This document shows positions 48,594-57,403 of a DNA stretch of 64,000 nucleotides, piece after piece. Each line of letters starts with the position of its first letter. The stretch's first letter is position 1. Origin of the DNA: a virus (lineage: Duplodnaviria; Caudoviricetes). The notes beneath the pieces are model-generated. The model saw only the letters and a list, made by a program, of their open reading frames with translations. It was not told where the DNA came from and did no database searches. The translations under genes and the position numbers were made by a program. The stretch covers positions 1 through 64,000 of IMG/VR virus record IMGVR_UViG_3300033073_001027. One strand, 5' to 3'.

Positions 48594-48622
48594 GTTATAC
48601 CCTAACTGCGCAATATTGTCAA
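48594..48622 (-). promoter_or_regulatory. sigma70-like promoter TTGACA-17-TATAAC heading the radical SAM operon
   Basis: Elements at 48622-48617 and 48599-48594. Confidence 0.75.
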
Positions 48623-48637
48623 GGGAAAAATAGGGGC

Positions 48638-48666
48638 TTGACATTTTTAGTGTAATCAAGTAGAAT
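48638..48666 (+). promoter_or_regulatory. sigma70-like promoter TTGACA-17-TAGAAT (divergent)
   Basis: Elements at 48638-48643 and 48661-48666, followed by a GAGGAG RBS. Confidence 0.75.
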
Positions 48667-48692
48667 GGTGGTTTGTTTGAGGAGAAGAAACG

Positions 48693-48965
48693 ATGAATAT
48701 TTTTTATGAAACTGGTAATGCGAAAAATAGCGACTTTGATCCGTTTGTAATCCGTAAAATGAACCCGAATAGTGCTTGGGCGAATCATTCCTATAATCAT
48801 TTTGTTCTGACCCATATTTTTCGGAATTCGCCTGATCCTCGGGAAAAAATCCAAGCCGGAAAGGAAATTGAAATCGCTGAACGTAAGATGAAGTTTTGGG
48901 AACGTCATCCAGATTTTGAACTCGATCATGCAGAATTCTATCGGAAAAAATATTACCGAATGTGA
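48693..48965 (+). CDS. Hypothetical early protein
   Basis: ORF track; has a promoter and RBS. Confidence 0.75.
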   Translation: MNIFYETGNAKNSDFDPFVIRKMNPNSAWANHSYNHFVLTHIFRNSPDPREKIQAGKEIEIAERKMKFWERHPDFELDHAEFYRKKYYRM

Positions 48966-48975
48966 TTTTTAGGGA

Positions 48976-49004
48976 TTGACTTTTCTGTAATTTTAGCGTA
49001 TAGT
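48976..49004 (+). promoter_or_regulatory. sigma70-like promoter TTGACT-17-TATAGT
   Basis: Elements at 48976-48981 and 48999-49004. Confidence 0.7.
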
Positions 49005-49016
49005 GATAATATTGAA

Positions 49017-49244
49017 ATGGAGATTGTTATGTTTGATATTTCTAAAGAAGCAGAAAATCTGATGATCGCTCTCGGATATGATGAGCAAGGGTTTGGTTAC
49101 GTCGCAAGCGATTACCTTGAGGTGAATTTTGAACTGGAAGCAAATGGAATTCAGTTCGGTTCCTTTGAAGATTTCCTTCGTCGTAAGTTGGAATGGAAGA
49201 ACTCTTTGAAAAGCGATGTAGTTGTTGAAAGGATTGCAGCATAA
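49017..49244 (+). CDS. Hypothetical early protein (true start possibly 49029)
   Basis: ORF track; GGAG precedes the second ATG. Confidence 0.7.
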   Translation: MEIVMFDISKEAENLMIALGYDEQGFGYVASDYLEVNFELEANGIQFGSFEDFLRRKLEWKNSLKSDVVVERIAA

Positions 49245-49459
49245 TGGTTAGTATCTATACTGAAGTCGAAGTCTATATGGAAGATTTCGATGACGCAGAT
49301 TTGATTGACGAACTTGAAGGTCGAGGTTACTATGTAGTTAAGAACCCAGCACAAGTTCCAAGTGTCAATTCACTTTATGATGCATGGATTCTAGATAAGA
49401 ATAAGTTTGAAGATTTGTTTCGCGATTTTTGCCGCGAGAATATTGGGAGGAGTTTTTAA
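49244..49459 (+). CDS. Hypothetical acidic protein
   Basis: ORF track; TAATG coupling to the upstream gene. Confidence 0.7.
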   Translation: MVSIYTEVEVYMEDFDDADLIDELEGRGYYVVKNPAQVPSVNSLYDAWILDKNKFEDLFRDFCRENIGRSF

Positions 49460-49638
49460 TGACATCATCAATTAGTCAGCAAGAAATGGATATGCATTTC
49501 GACAAGATCGAAAGTGAGATGACTCAGCAACAAGTTACTGAGTCACCCACTGTTTACTTTCGTTTCGGAGAGGAAAGTCCTCTACTTACTTGGACGTTGC
49601 TCTATACACGCCATCCCAACCCTCAGTTGGTTTCTTAG
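49459..49638 (+). CDS. Hypothetical protein
   Basis: GGAGG RBS and TAATG coupling; overlaps the 3' end of the convergent cyclase gene. Confidence 0.5.
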   Translation: MTSSISQQEMDMHFDKIESEMTQQQVTESPTVYFRFGEESPLLTWTLLYTRHPNPQLVS

Positions 49639-51631
49639 ATAGTTCTTCGATTCGTTCGACCATCATATCGTAATAAGAAGTTAACTCTCCTTGCCACTGG
49701 TCTTTAAGATCGGTGGCAAACTTTTTAGCACGGATCCAATCACCAGTACGATAAGCATGGAGGAACTTGAGATGCTCGTGCCCGAGTTTCACATTAAGTT
49801 CTGTGTCAAGAACAGTGTAGATTGATACTGGTTCAGTCTTACCCTTAACAGCGACCAAGTCTAGTTCTACTGCTTGGTAGGTTCCATCGGCGAGGACTGC
49901 TTGTGCGGTTTTTGGACCAATAACGATCTTAACCCCATAAGGTTTTGATTGTCCTTCAAGTCGGGAAGCCAGATTAACGCCATCACCAAGGCAGGTATAA
50001 TCAAAACGCTGATCGCTGCCCATATTACCAACCACAACGGTGTCAGTGTTAATCCCAAGACCCATACCAAAGGGTGGAACACCTTCTTTTTCAACTTCAG
50101 CATTGAATGCCTCCAAGTCTTTCAGCATTGCAAGTCCAGTACGAACTGCATTCATAGCATGATCTTTATCATCTAACGGTGCATTCCAGAAGGCCATCTG
50201 GGCATCACCAATATATTTGTCAAGAGTGCCTTCGTTCTCGATAATACGAGCAGTCATGGCAGTCATGTAGCGATTCATAATTTTAGTTAGACCCTGAACG
50301 TCTTTACCATAGTGCTCAGAGATAGTTGTAAATCCGCGAACGTCAGTAAACATAATTGACAGTTCTCTTGATTCACCACCAAGCGCAAGCAGTTCTGGAT
50401 TCTTCTGGAGTTTCTCGACCATTGCGGGTGACAGATATGTACCGAATTGCTTCTTGATCTGTTGCTTCTGGAGGAATTCGCTGATAAACTTGACCGTATA
50501 GATGTGCATGTAGATAATAGCAATTGCGATGATATTAAATGTCACATCGAACAGAATATGCTGTTCTTTGAAGAGATATACTGGCAAATAAAAATATCCA
50601 GCGAGAATTGCGCAAATATAAATTATAGAGAACCGAAAACGAGAGAGAACGATCAATGCAAGAGCAAGACCCAGAAAAGCAGCAAGATCCGCAACTGTTG
50701 ACCAGTTCGGAATCGCAACAGAATCTCCATTTATCAGAGTTTCAAGTATACTCGCCTGAAGGTCGTGGGGATATTGGGCACCTGATGGAGTCGCTACAGG
50801 ATTCGCTACCCCAGCAGCAGTTACGCCTAATACGACAATCTTACCAGAAAGATCAGGAAGTTTCTCGCCTATCTCAAACGTTTGAAATTTATAATTTGGA
50901 TTAATGAACACTCGACCATATTCATCGGTCTTAATGGTATCGAATTGAGGAACACGTAATGCTTCAACACCAGTCTGATTTATCTTTGCTTGATACGAAG
51001 AGTCTCCTGCAGCTACACGCAGCATCTCTATCCCAAATGCAGGATAGTATTCGCCTTTTGATTGAGATAGAAGAGGAACTCTACGTACAACCCCATCAGA
51101 CTCGGGTAGTGTCGACGTTATCCCTACACCGACGGCAGCTTCTTGCAGAACTGGAATATTACTTAGAACGCATGGGTATTGAGGAAGAAATTCAGTCGGT
51201 TGTCCGTCGCCGACGACAGCAACTCCAGTCCGAGCAATATTCTGCACCCCCTTACATGAATCAGTTGTTGTCTGACTCAGGACTACTGGGTAATTAGATA
51301 GTGCACTTGCCAATACAGCGTCAGTGCCCATGCGATCAGGCTCAGGCATAAGTACAGTGCTACCGACAAGAGCAGCCCCTCTACTATAAATGTCCTCAAT
51401 AATTTTAGCATGGACTTCGCGTGGGAAAGGCCACTGACCATATTCTTCAATTGCTTTCTCCCCGATATTTACGGTAACAATTTGTTCGGATTGTTTGGGT
51501 GAACCCAACATCAAATAGTCATAAAATTTCATTCTGGTTGCTTCAACCAGATACGGATCAGAGAGTTTTACCGCCAAAAGAATACCAAAGGTAAATAACG
51601 CCAACCATGGCGAAAGTAAAACTTTTTTCAT
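49586..51631 (-). CDS. CHASE2-domain class III adenylate/guanylate cyclase
   Basis: N-terminal TM, CHASE2 motifs (GQWPFPREVHA, DGVVRRVPL, GKIVVLG), three TMs, then FTDVRGFTTISE...DKYIGDAQMAFWNAP...GNMGS..RFDYTCLGDGVNLASRLEG. Confidence 0.95.
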   Translation of the reverse strand: MKKVLLSPWLALFTFGILLAVKLSDPYLVEATRMKFYDYLMLGSPKQSEQIVTVNIGEKAIEEYGQWPFPREVHAKIIEDIYSRGAALVGSTVLMPEPDRMGTDAVLASALSNYPVVLSQTTTDSCKGVQNIARTGVAVVGDGQPTEFLPQYPCVLSNIPVLQEAAVGVGITSTLPESDGVVRRVPLLSQSKGEYYPAFGIEMLRVAAGDSSYQAKINQTGVEALRVPQFDTIKTDEYGRVFINPNYKFQTFEIGEKLPDLSGKIVVLGVTAAGVANPVATPSGAQYPHDLQASILETLINGDSVAIPNWSTVADLAAFLGLALALIVLSRFRFSIIYICAILAGYFYLPVYLFKEQHILFDVTFNIIAIAIIYMHIYTVKFISEFLQKQQIKKQFGTYLSPAMVEKLQKNPELLALGGESRELSIMFTDVRGFTTISEHYGKDVQGLTKIMNRYMTAMTARIIENEGTLDKYIGDAQMAFWNAPLDDKDHAMNAVRTGLAMLKDLEAFNAEVEKEGVPPFGMGLGINTDTVVVGNMGSDQRFDYTCLGDGVNLASRLEGQSKPYGVKIVIGPKTAQAVLADGTYQAVELDLVAVKGKTEPVSIYTVLDTELNVKLGHEHLKFLHAYRTGDWIRAKKFATDLKDQWQGELTSYYDMMVERIEELSKKPTEGWDGVYRATSK

Positions 51632-52185
51632 TGCGTCAATTCTTTCCATTCTTCTGGGGTGATTTCTCGTTTAGTTGCAAGTAAATTTTCATAATGTATA
51701 TATTCTGTTTCTAAATCATTTTCAGAATACACATCATTTTTTACATAAACTTTTGATTCGCTTTTGGTATTTGTGGTAATTGTTCTGTTGTCAGTTGGTA
51801 TATACTCAGATAATCTATCAAAATTAATATAACAAAAATCAAGATAATTTTGACGCCATTGACCTGTTTCAATATCATAGTGCACAAAATTCATAGTATT
51901 ACCATAACATATATATTTTAAGAATGGTCTGGAATGCTCGATAAATTGCTGTCTAGCATGTTCATCATATATTATACTATTACATCCAAATCTTTTATAT
52001 GCAGAAATTAATCGTTGGTACGGATTGCGCAACACAACAATTCTAAGATTTTTTGTAGTTTGCCAAATATTAAATGATTCCGCAACACAAGTATATACGG
52101 GAATATTAAAATACCCATACATACTTGTATGACCGCATCTTGTTGCAGAATAAACACACATTTTACCATTATCATAAACAAACAT
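51628..52185 (-). CDS. Sulfotransferase-like protein (Sulfotransfer_2-type motifs)
   Basis: TRCGHTSM (5'-PSB-like) and VLRNPYQRLISAY (3'-PB-like); visibly AT-richer than its neighbours. Confidence 0.55.
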   Translation of the reverse strand: MFVYDNGKMCVYSATRCGHTSMYGYFNIPVYTCVAESFNIWQTTKNLRIVVLRNPYQRLISAYKRFGCNSIIYDEHARQQFIEHSRPFLKYICYGNTMNFVHYDIETGQWRQNYLDFCYINFDRLSEYIPTDNRTITTNTKSESKVYVKNDVYSENDLETEYIHYENLLATKREITPEEWKELTQ

Positions 52186-52187
52186 AA

Positions 52188-53642
52188 TTAATTCTTCGTA
52201 TAAGAGTATCCATTACATGGTCCAGTCGTACATGTTATTTCCATTTTTGCAGAGTCTGCGGCAGTCAAGTTATTTTGCGAAACTGTCACACCAATACCTG
52301 CATTATTTAATATAAGTTGAAATTGTTTAGCAGAAGAACCAATTTGAGATACTGTAGCAGAAACTCCACCAAATGGCGCATCAATCTGTAAGAAATGGTT
52401 TCCCAATCCTTCTTGCAACGCACTGATATTATTAGAATTTCCTAACGCATTGATAAACAACGATTTTCCGTTTGCGTCTTTTTGTTGTGCAGAAATCTGA
52501 TTGCCAAGACCATTGGTTACAATCTCAGCATACTTGCTACCATGCTGTTGCGTCAGCGATATAATATTGTTGTTACCAGTCACCGAAACTTCTGCCAAAT
52601 TTTTACCGATTGGTGTTGTCGCAGTCCCTTGATTAATTGTAATACTGTTACCACTACCATTGATCAACATTGCTTGTGCACCATTAACACCGCGAATCTG
52701 ATTCTGTTTAGAAAACTGTTCAATATAAACTGAATTATTAGATCCAGTTGCATTAATGTAGATAGAGTTTTGCGTAATTGCATTAGTCTGATTGATCTTT
52801 AGTGATTGACTCGCACTAATTGCAGCAGCAGGATATGTTGGTTCTACAGGTCCAGGAGTCGGAGGTGGCGGGGCAGAAGATCCCGCATTTGGTTGAACTG
52901 GTGTGAATGTCGCACCATTCAGCAACGTTGTACCTTGCATCTGGTCAATGAAAAGAATTGGCGACAAAGCAGTATCACCAAGATTGAATGAAGCAAATCC
53001 TAATGTGTAGTTACCATCAGTAGGAACAGTAAATACCGCAACTTGCCAACCAGTGGCACCATACGAGTTAGTAGAGTAGTTACCAGTGCCAGTATTAGTA
53101 AAACCTAACAGAGCAAAGTTTTGTGTCTGTCCATTGATAGTTGGTGTTCCTGGTCCGCCAGTCAAAGTAATCAGAGAACCATCATTGTATGGCATGTAGT
53201 CTGTTGAAACATACTGCCAAGCAAACGTATAAGTAACCCCTGCTTGTAGCGTTACTGTTCTACTGATAGATGACGCATTAGTCGGCCACATGTTACCATT
53301 AGAATAGATCGTATTTTTAATTGATGTAATCGCTGAACCAGCAAGACCAAGAGTGGTCATAGCATTATCAAAGGTTGGCGAACCACCCCCTGCTTGAACA
53401 GCGACCATGTATGATCCGTATGGTGTAACTGTCCAGCACTTACCGCCACCAGGACAATAGTTTTGCATTCCAGATGTTACTTGAACACCAGCGCCGTTTG
53501 GACTCCAAGAAGTGCGAAGTGTAGTTGATCCGTTACTTACTGTCCAACCAGTATAATTCCCGTTCTCAAACCCGTAGTTTGCAACCTGCGCAAAAGATGG
53601 GAAAGAGAAGAACAGAAGAAATAGAGCGATTAATTTTTTCAT
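52188..53642 (-). CDS. Secreted protein: N-terminal beta-sandwich-like domain, Pro linker, C-terminal curlin-like repeats
   Basis: Signal peptide MKKLIALFLLFFSFPSFA; NYGFENGNYTGWTV; PPPPTPGPVEP; repeats such as TGSNNSVYIEQ, GSGNSITINQG, TGNNNIISLTQ, GLGNQISAQQ and GNSNNISALQEG. Confidence 0.75.
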   Translation of the reverse strand: MKKLIALFLLFFSFPSFAQVANYGFENGNYTGWTVSNGSTTLRTSWSPNGAGVQVTSGMQNYCPGGGKCWTVTPYGSYMVAVQAGGGSPTFDNAMTTLGLAGSAITSIKNTIYSNGNMWPTNASSISRTVTLQAGVTYTFAWQYVSTDYMPYNDGSLITLTGGPGTPTINGQTQNFALLGFTNTGTGNYSTNSYGATGWQVAVFTVPTDGNYTLGFASFNLGDTALSPILFIDQMQGTTLLNGATFTPVQPNAGSSAPPPPTPGPVEPTYPAAAISASQSLKINQTNAITQNSIYINATGSNNSVYIEQFSKQNQIRGVNGAQAMLINGSGNSITINQGTATTPIGKNLAEVSVTGNNNIISLTQQHGSKYAEIVTNGLGNQISAQQKDANGKSLFINALGNSNNISALQEGLGNHFLQIDAPFGGVSATVSQIGSSAKQFQLILNNAGIGVTVSQNNLTAADSAKMEITCTTGPCNGYSYTKN

Positions 53643-54778
53643 CTCTGCCCTGTCTCCTGAATAACAGTGATGTTACCTTGCGGTCTACCAGTACCAGATG
53701 TTGTCCATTTATCATCCATAAAGTTGTAAACATCAACCAATCCATTTTGCACGGAAACTAACTGCAGTTCTGTAGATTTTTCCATCCACACAGTGATTGC
53801 TTGTTGTTTATCTTCCGAGAGACGAGTATAAACCCAACCAACCTGCACATTCTTTTTGAATGTTGGAGAAACGTTAGTATAAATCGTTTCTGCTGGTCTA
53901 TTTCCCTCGTTGAATTCTTGATAAACTTCAATCAACTCTTGCGGAGTTGCTTGTCGAATCATAACAGCAGCAACCTGTTCGACATTGTCTGTAGTTCCTG
54001 CGTCAGGATCTTTATTGTCATCTCCTGCTGCTCTTGCTGGGTTTGTGAATTTCTTGAGTGTTTCTCTAGCAACCTGCAGCAAACTTTGACCGTCGTCTGT
54101 TTCCAGAGGAACAATCTGAACACTGTTGTCTAGTGTCTTCATCAAAGGATTAATTACCACTGGTGGAGAAGGTGGGGCATAAGAATTCTCAACAACAGTT
54201 GCTTGGAATGCTTTTGTAAGAGAAACAACTCCAGACGCAGTGATAACATCGATCGCACCATTAGGACAATCTGCTGTTTGTTTTGTAATATCTAATTCAT
54301 TATAGCATTCGGGAACAAGCACGACCGTCGAACGACCTGCTTCATCAACCGACATAACGAAGTCTGTGCCACGAACTGCGATGGTTGCAGTAGGTGTGCG
54401 AATATTTACGCCTTTCGCGTTACCGTGCGCGATGGCACCTGAGGTGTATCTGACAGTGCCGAGTGCGACTCGTAACCCGAGTTTGCCTTTCGACTTCCCT
54501 CCGCCATCATAAACAAAGTCATCGATAAGAAGTTTAGAGTTTTCTGTAATATTGACCGTAGTTGCATCATTGAATGTAATCCTAAATCTTCCCTGAGAGT
54601 TGGTGGACACCGTGTCCATTTTTTCAACACCAGAACCCTTCGCGGCAGGTGCTGCTTTCACCCCACGTTTAATTTGCCCACCACCCTTAGCATCGGTGAT
54701 CGACCCGATTGATGCCATCGCAGGGGTCGATACCAATAGTAAAAGATTAATGGCCAGTTTTAATATTGAACGTGCCAT
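53639..54778 (-). CDS. FecR-domain protein (exported)
   Basis: Signal peptide; DTVST...ITFNDATTVNITENSKLLIDDFVYD...GTVRYTSG...IRTPTATIAVRGTDF. Confidence 0.88.
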   Translation of the reverse strand: MARSILKLAINLLLLVSTPAMASIGSITDAKGGGQIKRGVKAAPAAKGSGVEKMDTVSTNSQGRFRITFNDATTVNITENSKLLIDDFVYDGGGKSKGKLGLRVALGTVRYTSGAIAHGNAKGVNIRTPTATIAVRGTDFVMSVDEAGRSTVVLVPECYNELDITKQTADCPNGAIDVITASGVVSLTKAFQATVVENSYAPPSPPVVINPLMKTLDNSVQIVPLETDDGQSLLQVARETLKKFTNPARAAGDDNKDPDAGTTDNVEQVAAVMIRQATPQELIEVYQEFNEGNRPAETIYTNVSPTFKKNVQVGWVYTRLSEDKQQAITVWMEKSTELQLVSVQNGLVDVYNFMDDKWTTSGTGRPQGNITVIQETGQR

Positions 54779-55508
54779 TTGAACCTGTGCTGTTAATGTT
54801 TATAACAGTTTCGGAAACACCATATTGTTGTGTTGTTACAGTGTTTAGAGAACCTGTTAGATTCACATACAGCGAGTGACCAAATGTTCCACCAGTGCCT
54901 GTTTGTGTAATATCAAAGTCGTTGTAGTTACCAGTCACAAGTAGAGTCTGCGATGCATTAGGAGATAATGCATCAATGTTAAATGTGTTGTTATTACCAG
55001 AGATATCCATCGAGTTGCGGATATTGGCACCCGAACCATGGAACACAATCGAGTTTGAATTACCAGTAAACTTAGCATTCATGTCAAGTTGATTACACAA
55101 CGAATCTGTCTGCAGAGTTCCGCAGCGAATATCTGCAGAGTTTAGATCGCCAAGTTGACGAATTGTTACTGTTGCGATTCCTTGGGCCCCAGTGTTGGAA
55201 ACAATTCCCATGTAGAGAGTGTTTCCGTTACCTGTCTGAATACCAATGACGCTTTGGTTGTCCCCACGTAGATAGATAGGATCAACAGCGGAACCAATAA
55301 TATTGGCAGTACCAGTTTGAACAATGTTAACATCTACATTGCCTCCTTGCTGATCGATATATACCTTATTTGTAGTTGCCACTGCATTAGCGTCAGTTTC
55401 GTTAGGTGAAGTTGTGACGATTGCTGGTGGAGTTGGTGCTGTTGGCAGAACTGTCTGAGCGAACGCAGAAGTTGAAACGAACAGCAAACCTAGTGCGAAT
55501 TTCTTCAT
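54747..55508 (-). CDS. Secreted curlin-repeat (CsgA/CsgB-like) protein
   Basis: Signal peptide MKKFALGLLFVSTSAFA; repeated x-I-x-Q-x-G-x-x-N units (NKVYIDQQG, NIVQTGTAN, IQTGNGN, IRQLGDLN, ISGNNN, ITQTG). Confidence 0.75.
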   Translation of the reverse strand: MKKFALGLLFVSTSAFAQTVLPTAPTPPAIVTTSPNETDANAVATTNKVYIDQQGGNVDVNIVQTGTANIIGSAVDPIYLRGDNQSVIGIQTGNGNTLYMGIVSNTGAQGIATVTIRQLGDLNSADIRCGTLQTDSLCNQLDMNAKFTGNSNSIVFHGSGANIRNSMDISGNNNTFNIDALSPNASQTLLVTGNYNDFDITQTGTGGTFGHSLYVNLTGSLNTVTTQQYGVSETVININSTGSNGTFNIKTGH

Positions 55509-56323
55509 TTAGATTGCTCCTGTTTTTGCTTAAATCTCCATAGATTTTTTCTTTCACCATCCTTGATCACCTCAACAACGGCCGTTTCTATGGCAGAACG
55601 GATAGCATAACTACCTGCTTCATTACTTGTTTGTTGTCCATCGAACTCAAATGCTTTCGTGTCCATATCGAAGAACTTGAAAGCAGTGATACCTTCAGAA
55701 GTCGAGAGAACTGTTTTCTCAACTGTAACTGAAGTCAGCACCTCGCCAGTCTGGACAGATACTAGACGAATACTAATCGTAACTTGGTCTTGCGCATATT
55801 GCTGGTATGGACCGATGCCAAGGAAACGAGCACCTGTTCCTCCAGTTTTAATGTTCGAATTATAGTCAATGATGCCACCCTCAAGAATGATACCTGCAAC
55901 TTTTAGTGGCGGTAGAGGTTCAGCACTTTCACCAGCAATTTGTTCACGCATCTGGCGAACAAGTTGACGTTCTTTAATGAGTGAATCGATTCCAACACGC
56001 TCAACAGGAACAAACCACTTACCATCGCCTGTATCTTGTAGAGTTTTAATCAGATATGCGTCAGCACCCTGAGTTACTGCTGTTGAGAAACTTGCTAATG
56101 TCGATGATGGTTTACGTTGCCCTGTTCTATCAGTAAATGCATATAGAGCGATAGGAATAGGTTGACCGTCTAACTCTGGTAGATTCTTGAATAATTTTGG
56201 ATTCGCGAATCTTTTGACTTCTGCATCTTCTCTGAACAAATAGGATTGATTGGTGGCAGGATGAAGCGCACCAACGCACCCTGAAGTTGCGAGCAGAAGC
56301 GGAAGGAGAATTAACTTTTTCAT
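55505..56323 (-). CDS. csgG: Curli secretion pore lipoprotein CsgG
   Basis: Lipobox LATSGC; YAFTDRTGQRKP...FSTAVTQGA...WFVPVERVGIDSLIKERQLVR...EGGIIDY...TGGTGARFLGIG...RLVSVQTGEVL. Confidence 0.93.
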   Translation of the reverse strand: MKKLILLPLLLATSGCVGALHPATNQSYLFREDAEVKRFANPKLFKNLPELDGQPIPIALYAFTDRTGQRKPSSTLASFSTAVTQGADAYLIKTLQDTGDGKWFVPVERVGIDSLIKERQLVRQMREQIAGESAEPLPPLKVAGIILEGGIIDYNSNIKTGGTGARFLGIGPYQQYAQDQVTISIRLVSVQTGEVLTSVTVEKTVLSTSEGITAFKFFDMDTKAFEFDGQQTSNEAGSYAIRSAIETAVVEVIKDGERKNLWRFKQKQEQSK

Positions 56324-56332
56324 ATATCCTCC

Positions 56333-56779
56333 TTAGAATGCGAATGTAGCAATAGGAACAGTAACAACCGTAGTGTTACCATTCTTATCGACAACTGTTA
56401 GAGTCACATCAGTATTGCTCTTGACATAAGAAATCTTATTTCCGTCAAGATTAAAAGTTCCTGCTCTCGCCTCAGAACCCTCAGCAAACAGATTGTTTGA
56501 AAGTTGTGTAGCAAGTTGGGCATAAACCTGTGAGGTGAACAGTGCCATAAACTTTGCTAGTGGTGTATTTGATGCCTCTGCCTTTGCCAGCGCAATCTTT
56601 GCTGCTTCCGCATCTTTAATTGCTTGAGTACGCGAACGTTCTTGGGCATCAATTGATTGAACGTGCGATGACCACCCATAACCATTGAAGGAAGGTGATT
56701 TAAAGGACTGGACTATAGGGTCTGCGAATGCTGGACTACTTAGACTTAGTAGCAGGAGCATCGTCGCTCGTTTTAGCAT
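56333..56779 (-). CDS. csgF: Curli assembly protein CsgF-like
   Basis: Signal peptide, FKSPSFNG (compare CsgF NPxFGG), SQVYAQLATQLSNNLF and TVVTVP; adjacent to csgG. Confidence 0.8.
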   Translation of the reverse strand: MLKRATMLLLLSLSSPAFADPIVQSFKSPSFNGYGWSSHVQSIDAQERSRTQAIKDAEAAKIALAKAEASNTPLAKFMALFTSQVYAQLATQLSNNLFAEGSEARAGTFNLDGNKISYVKSNTDVTLTVVDKNGNTTVVTVPIATFAF

Positions 56780-56867
56780 CTTTCTCTTCCTTTATTTTTT
56801 TATTTGAAGAAAAATCTAATTCAAGCGTAAATACTTTAAGGATCTCAATTTTTAGTCTTAATGTCAT
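56736..56867 (-). CDS. Possible 43-aa hypothetical protein
   Basis: Read manually: MTLRLKIEILKVFTLELDFSSNKKIKEEKDAKTSDDAPATKSK*. It has a GAGGA RBS and bridges the gap with overlaps on both sides. Confidence 0.45.
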   Translation of the reverse strand: MTLRLKIEILKVFTLELDFSSNKKIKEEKDAKTSDDAPATKSK

Positions 56868-57111
56868 CACTATGATCCTCTTTTATTTGCAATACAACAC
56901 TCACCTTCTGATTTAATCTAATAAGATCGTTATCTAACATGCGAATTCTATCAATTAGTGCGATCAAAATTACATTTGTCTCACCAATCAACGGCATTAA
57001 TTTATCTGTAACAAATTTGTAAATAAACCAAACAAAATATCCCATGCCAACTGCGGCGACAATAGGAAATCCGTACTGTTTAACAAACGAAACTATCAAT
57101 TCGGGATCCAT
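56845..57111 (-). CDS. Small single-TM membrane protein, YvrJ/holin-like
   Basis: QYGFPIVAA TM segment followed by a coiled coil (DRIRMLDNDLIRL). Confidence 0.6.
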   Translation of the reverse strand: MDPELIVSFVKQYGFPIVAAVGMGYFVWFIYKFVTDKLMPLIGETNVILIALIDRIRMLDNDLIRLNQKVSVVLQIKEDHSDDIKTKN

Positions 57112-57398
57112 TAGTCCCTCCTTGCGTCGTTCTTCCCGTCTGCTCTTGCGATTCTATCTAAGTCTGGTTTCAGACCCAAAGCGGAACTAACAACAGCATC
57201 AACGCGAATAATATCATGGTTCATGGTTTTCACACGGTTGTCCAACCCCATAATAATACCCTGCATTCCCTTGATCGCCTTAACAACGCTCTCAAGAATG
57301 TAGTTGATGACAAAATACACGAAAACGCCACCGAGCAATGCTGCCGCGATGGGAAATCCTACATCTCCAATAAGTTTAAAAATTGCATCGTAACTCAT
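57111..57398 (-). CDS. Small single-TM membrane protein, YvrJ/holin-like (paralogue of the preceding gene)
   Basis: DVGFPIAAA TM segment followed by NRVKTMNHDIIRV. Confidence 0.6.
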   Translation of the reverse strand: MSYDAIFKLIGDVGFPIAAALLGGVFVYFVINYILESVVKAIKGMQGIIMGLDNRVKTMNHDIIRVDAVVSSALGLKPDLDRIARADGKNDARRD

Positions 57399-57403
57399 GC
57401 ATT

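Noticed and set aside
49586-56779. Bacterial contamination or chimeric join for the curli/cyclase block
   Set aside because: It is headed by a T4 late promoter, is tightly packed like the phage genes, and shows the same apparent RGCY scarcity as the core virion genes.
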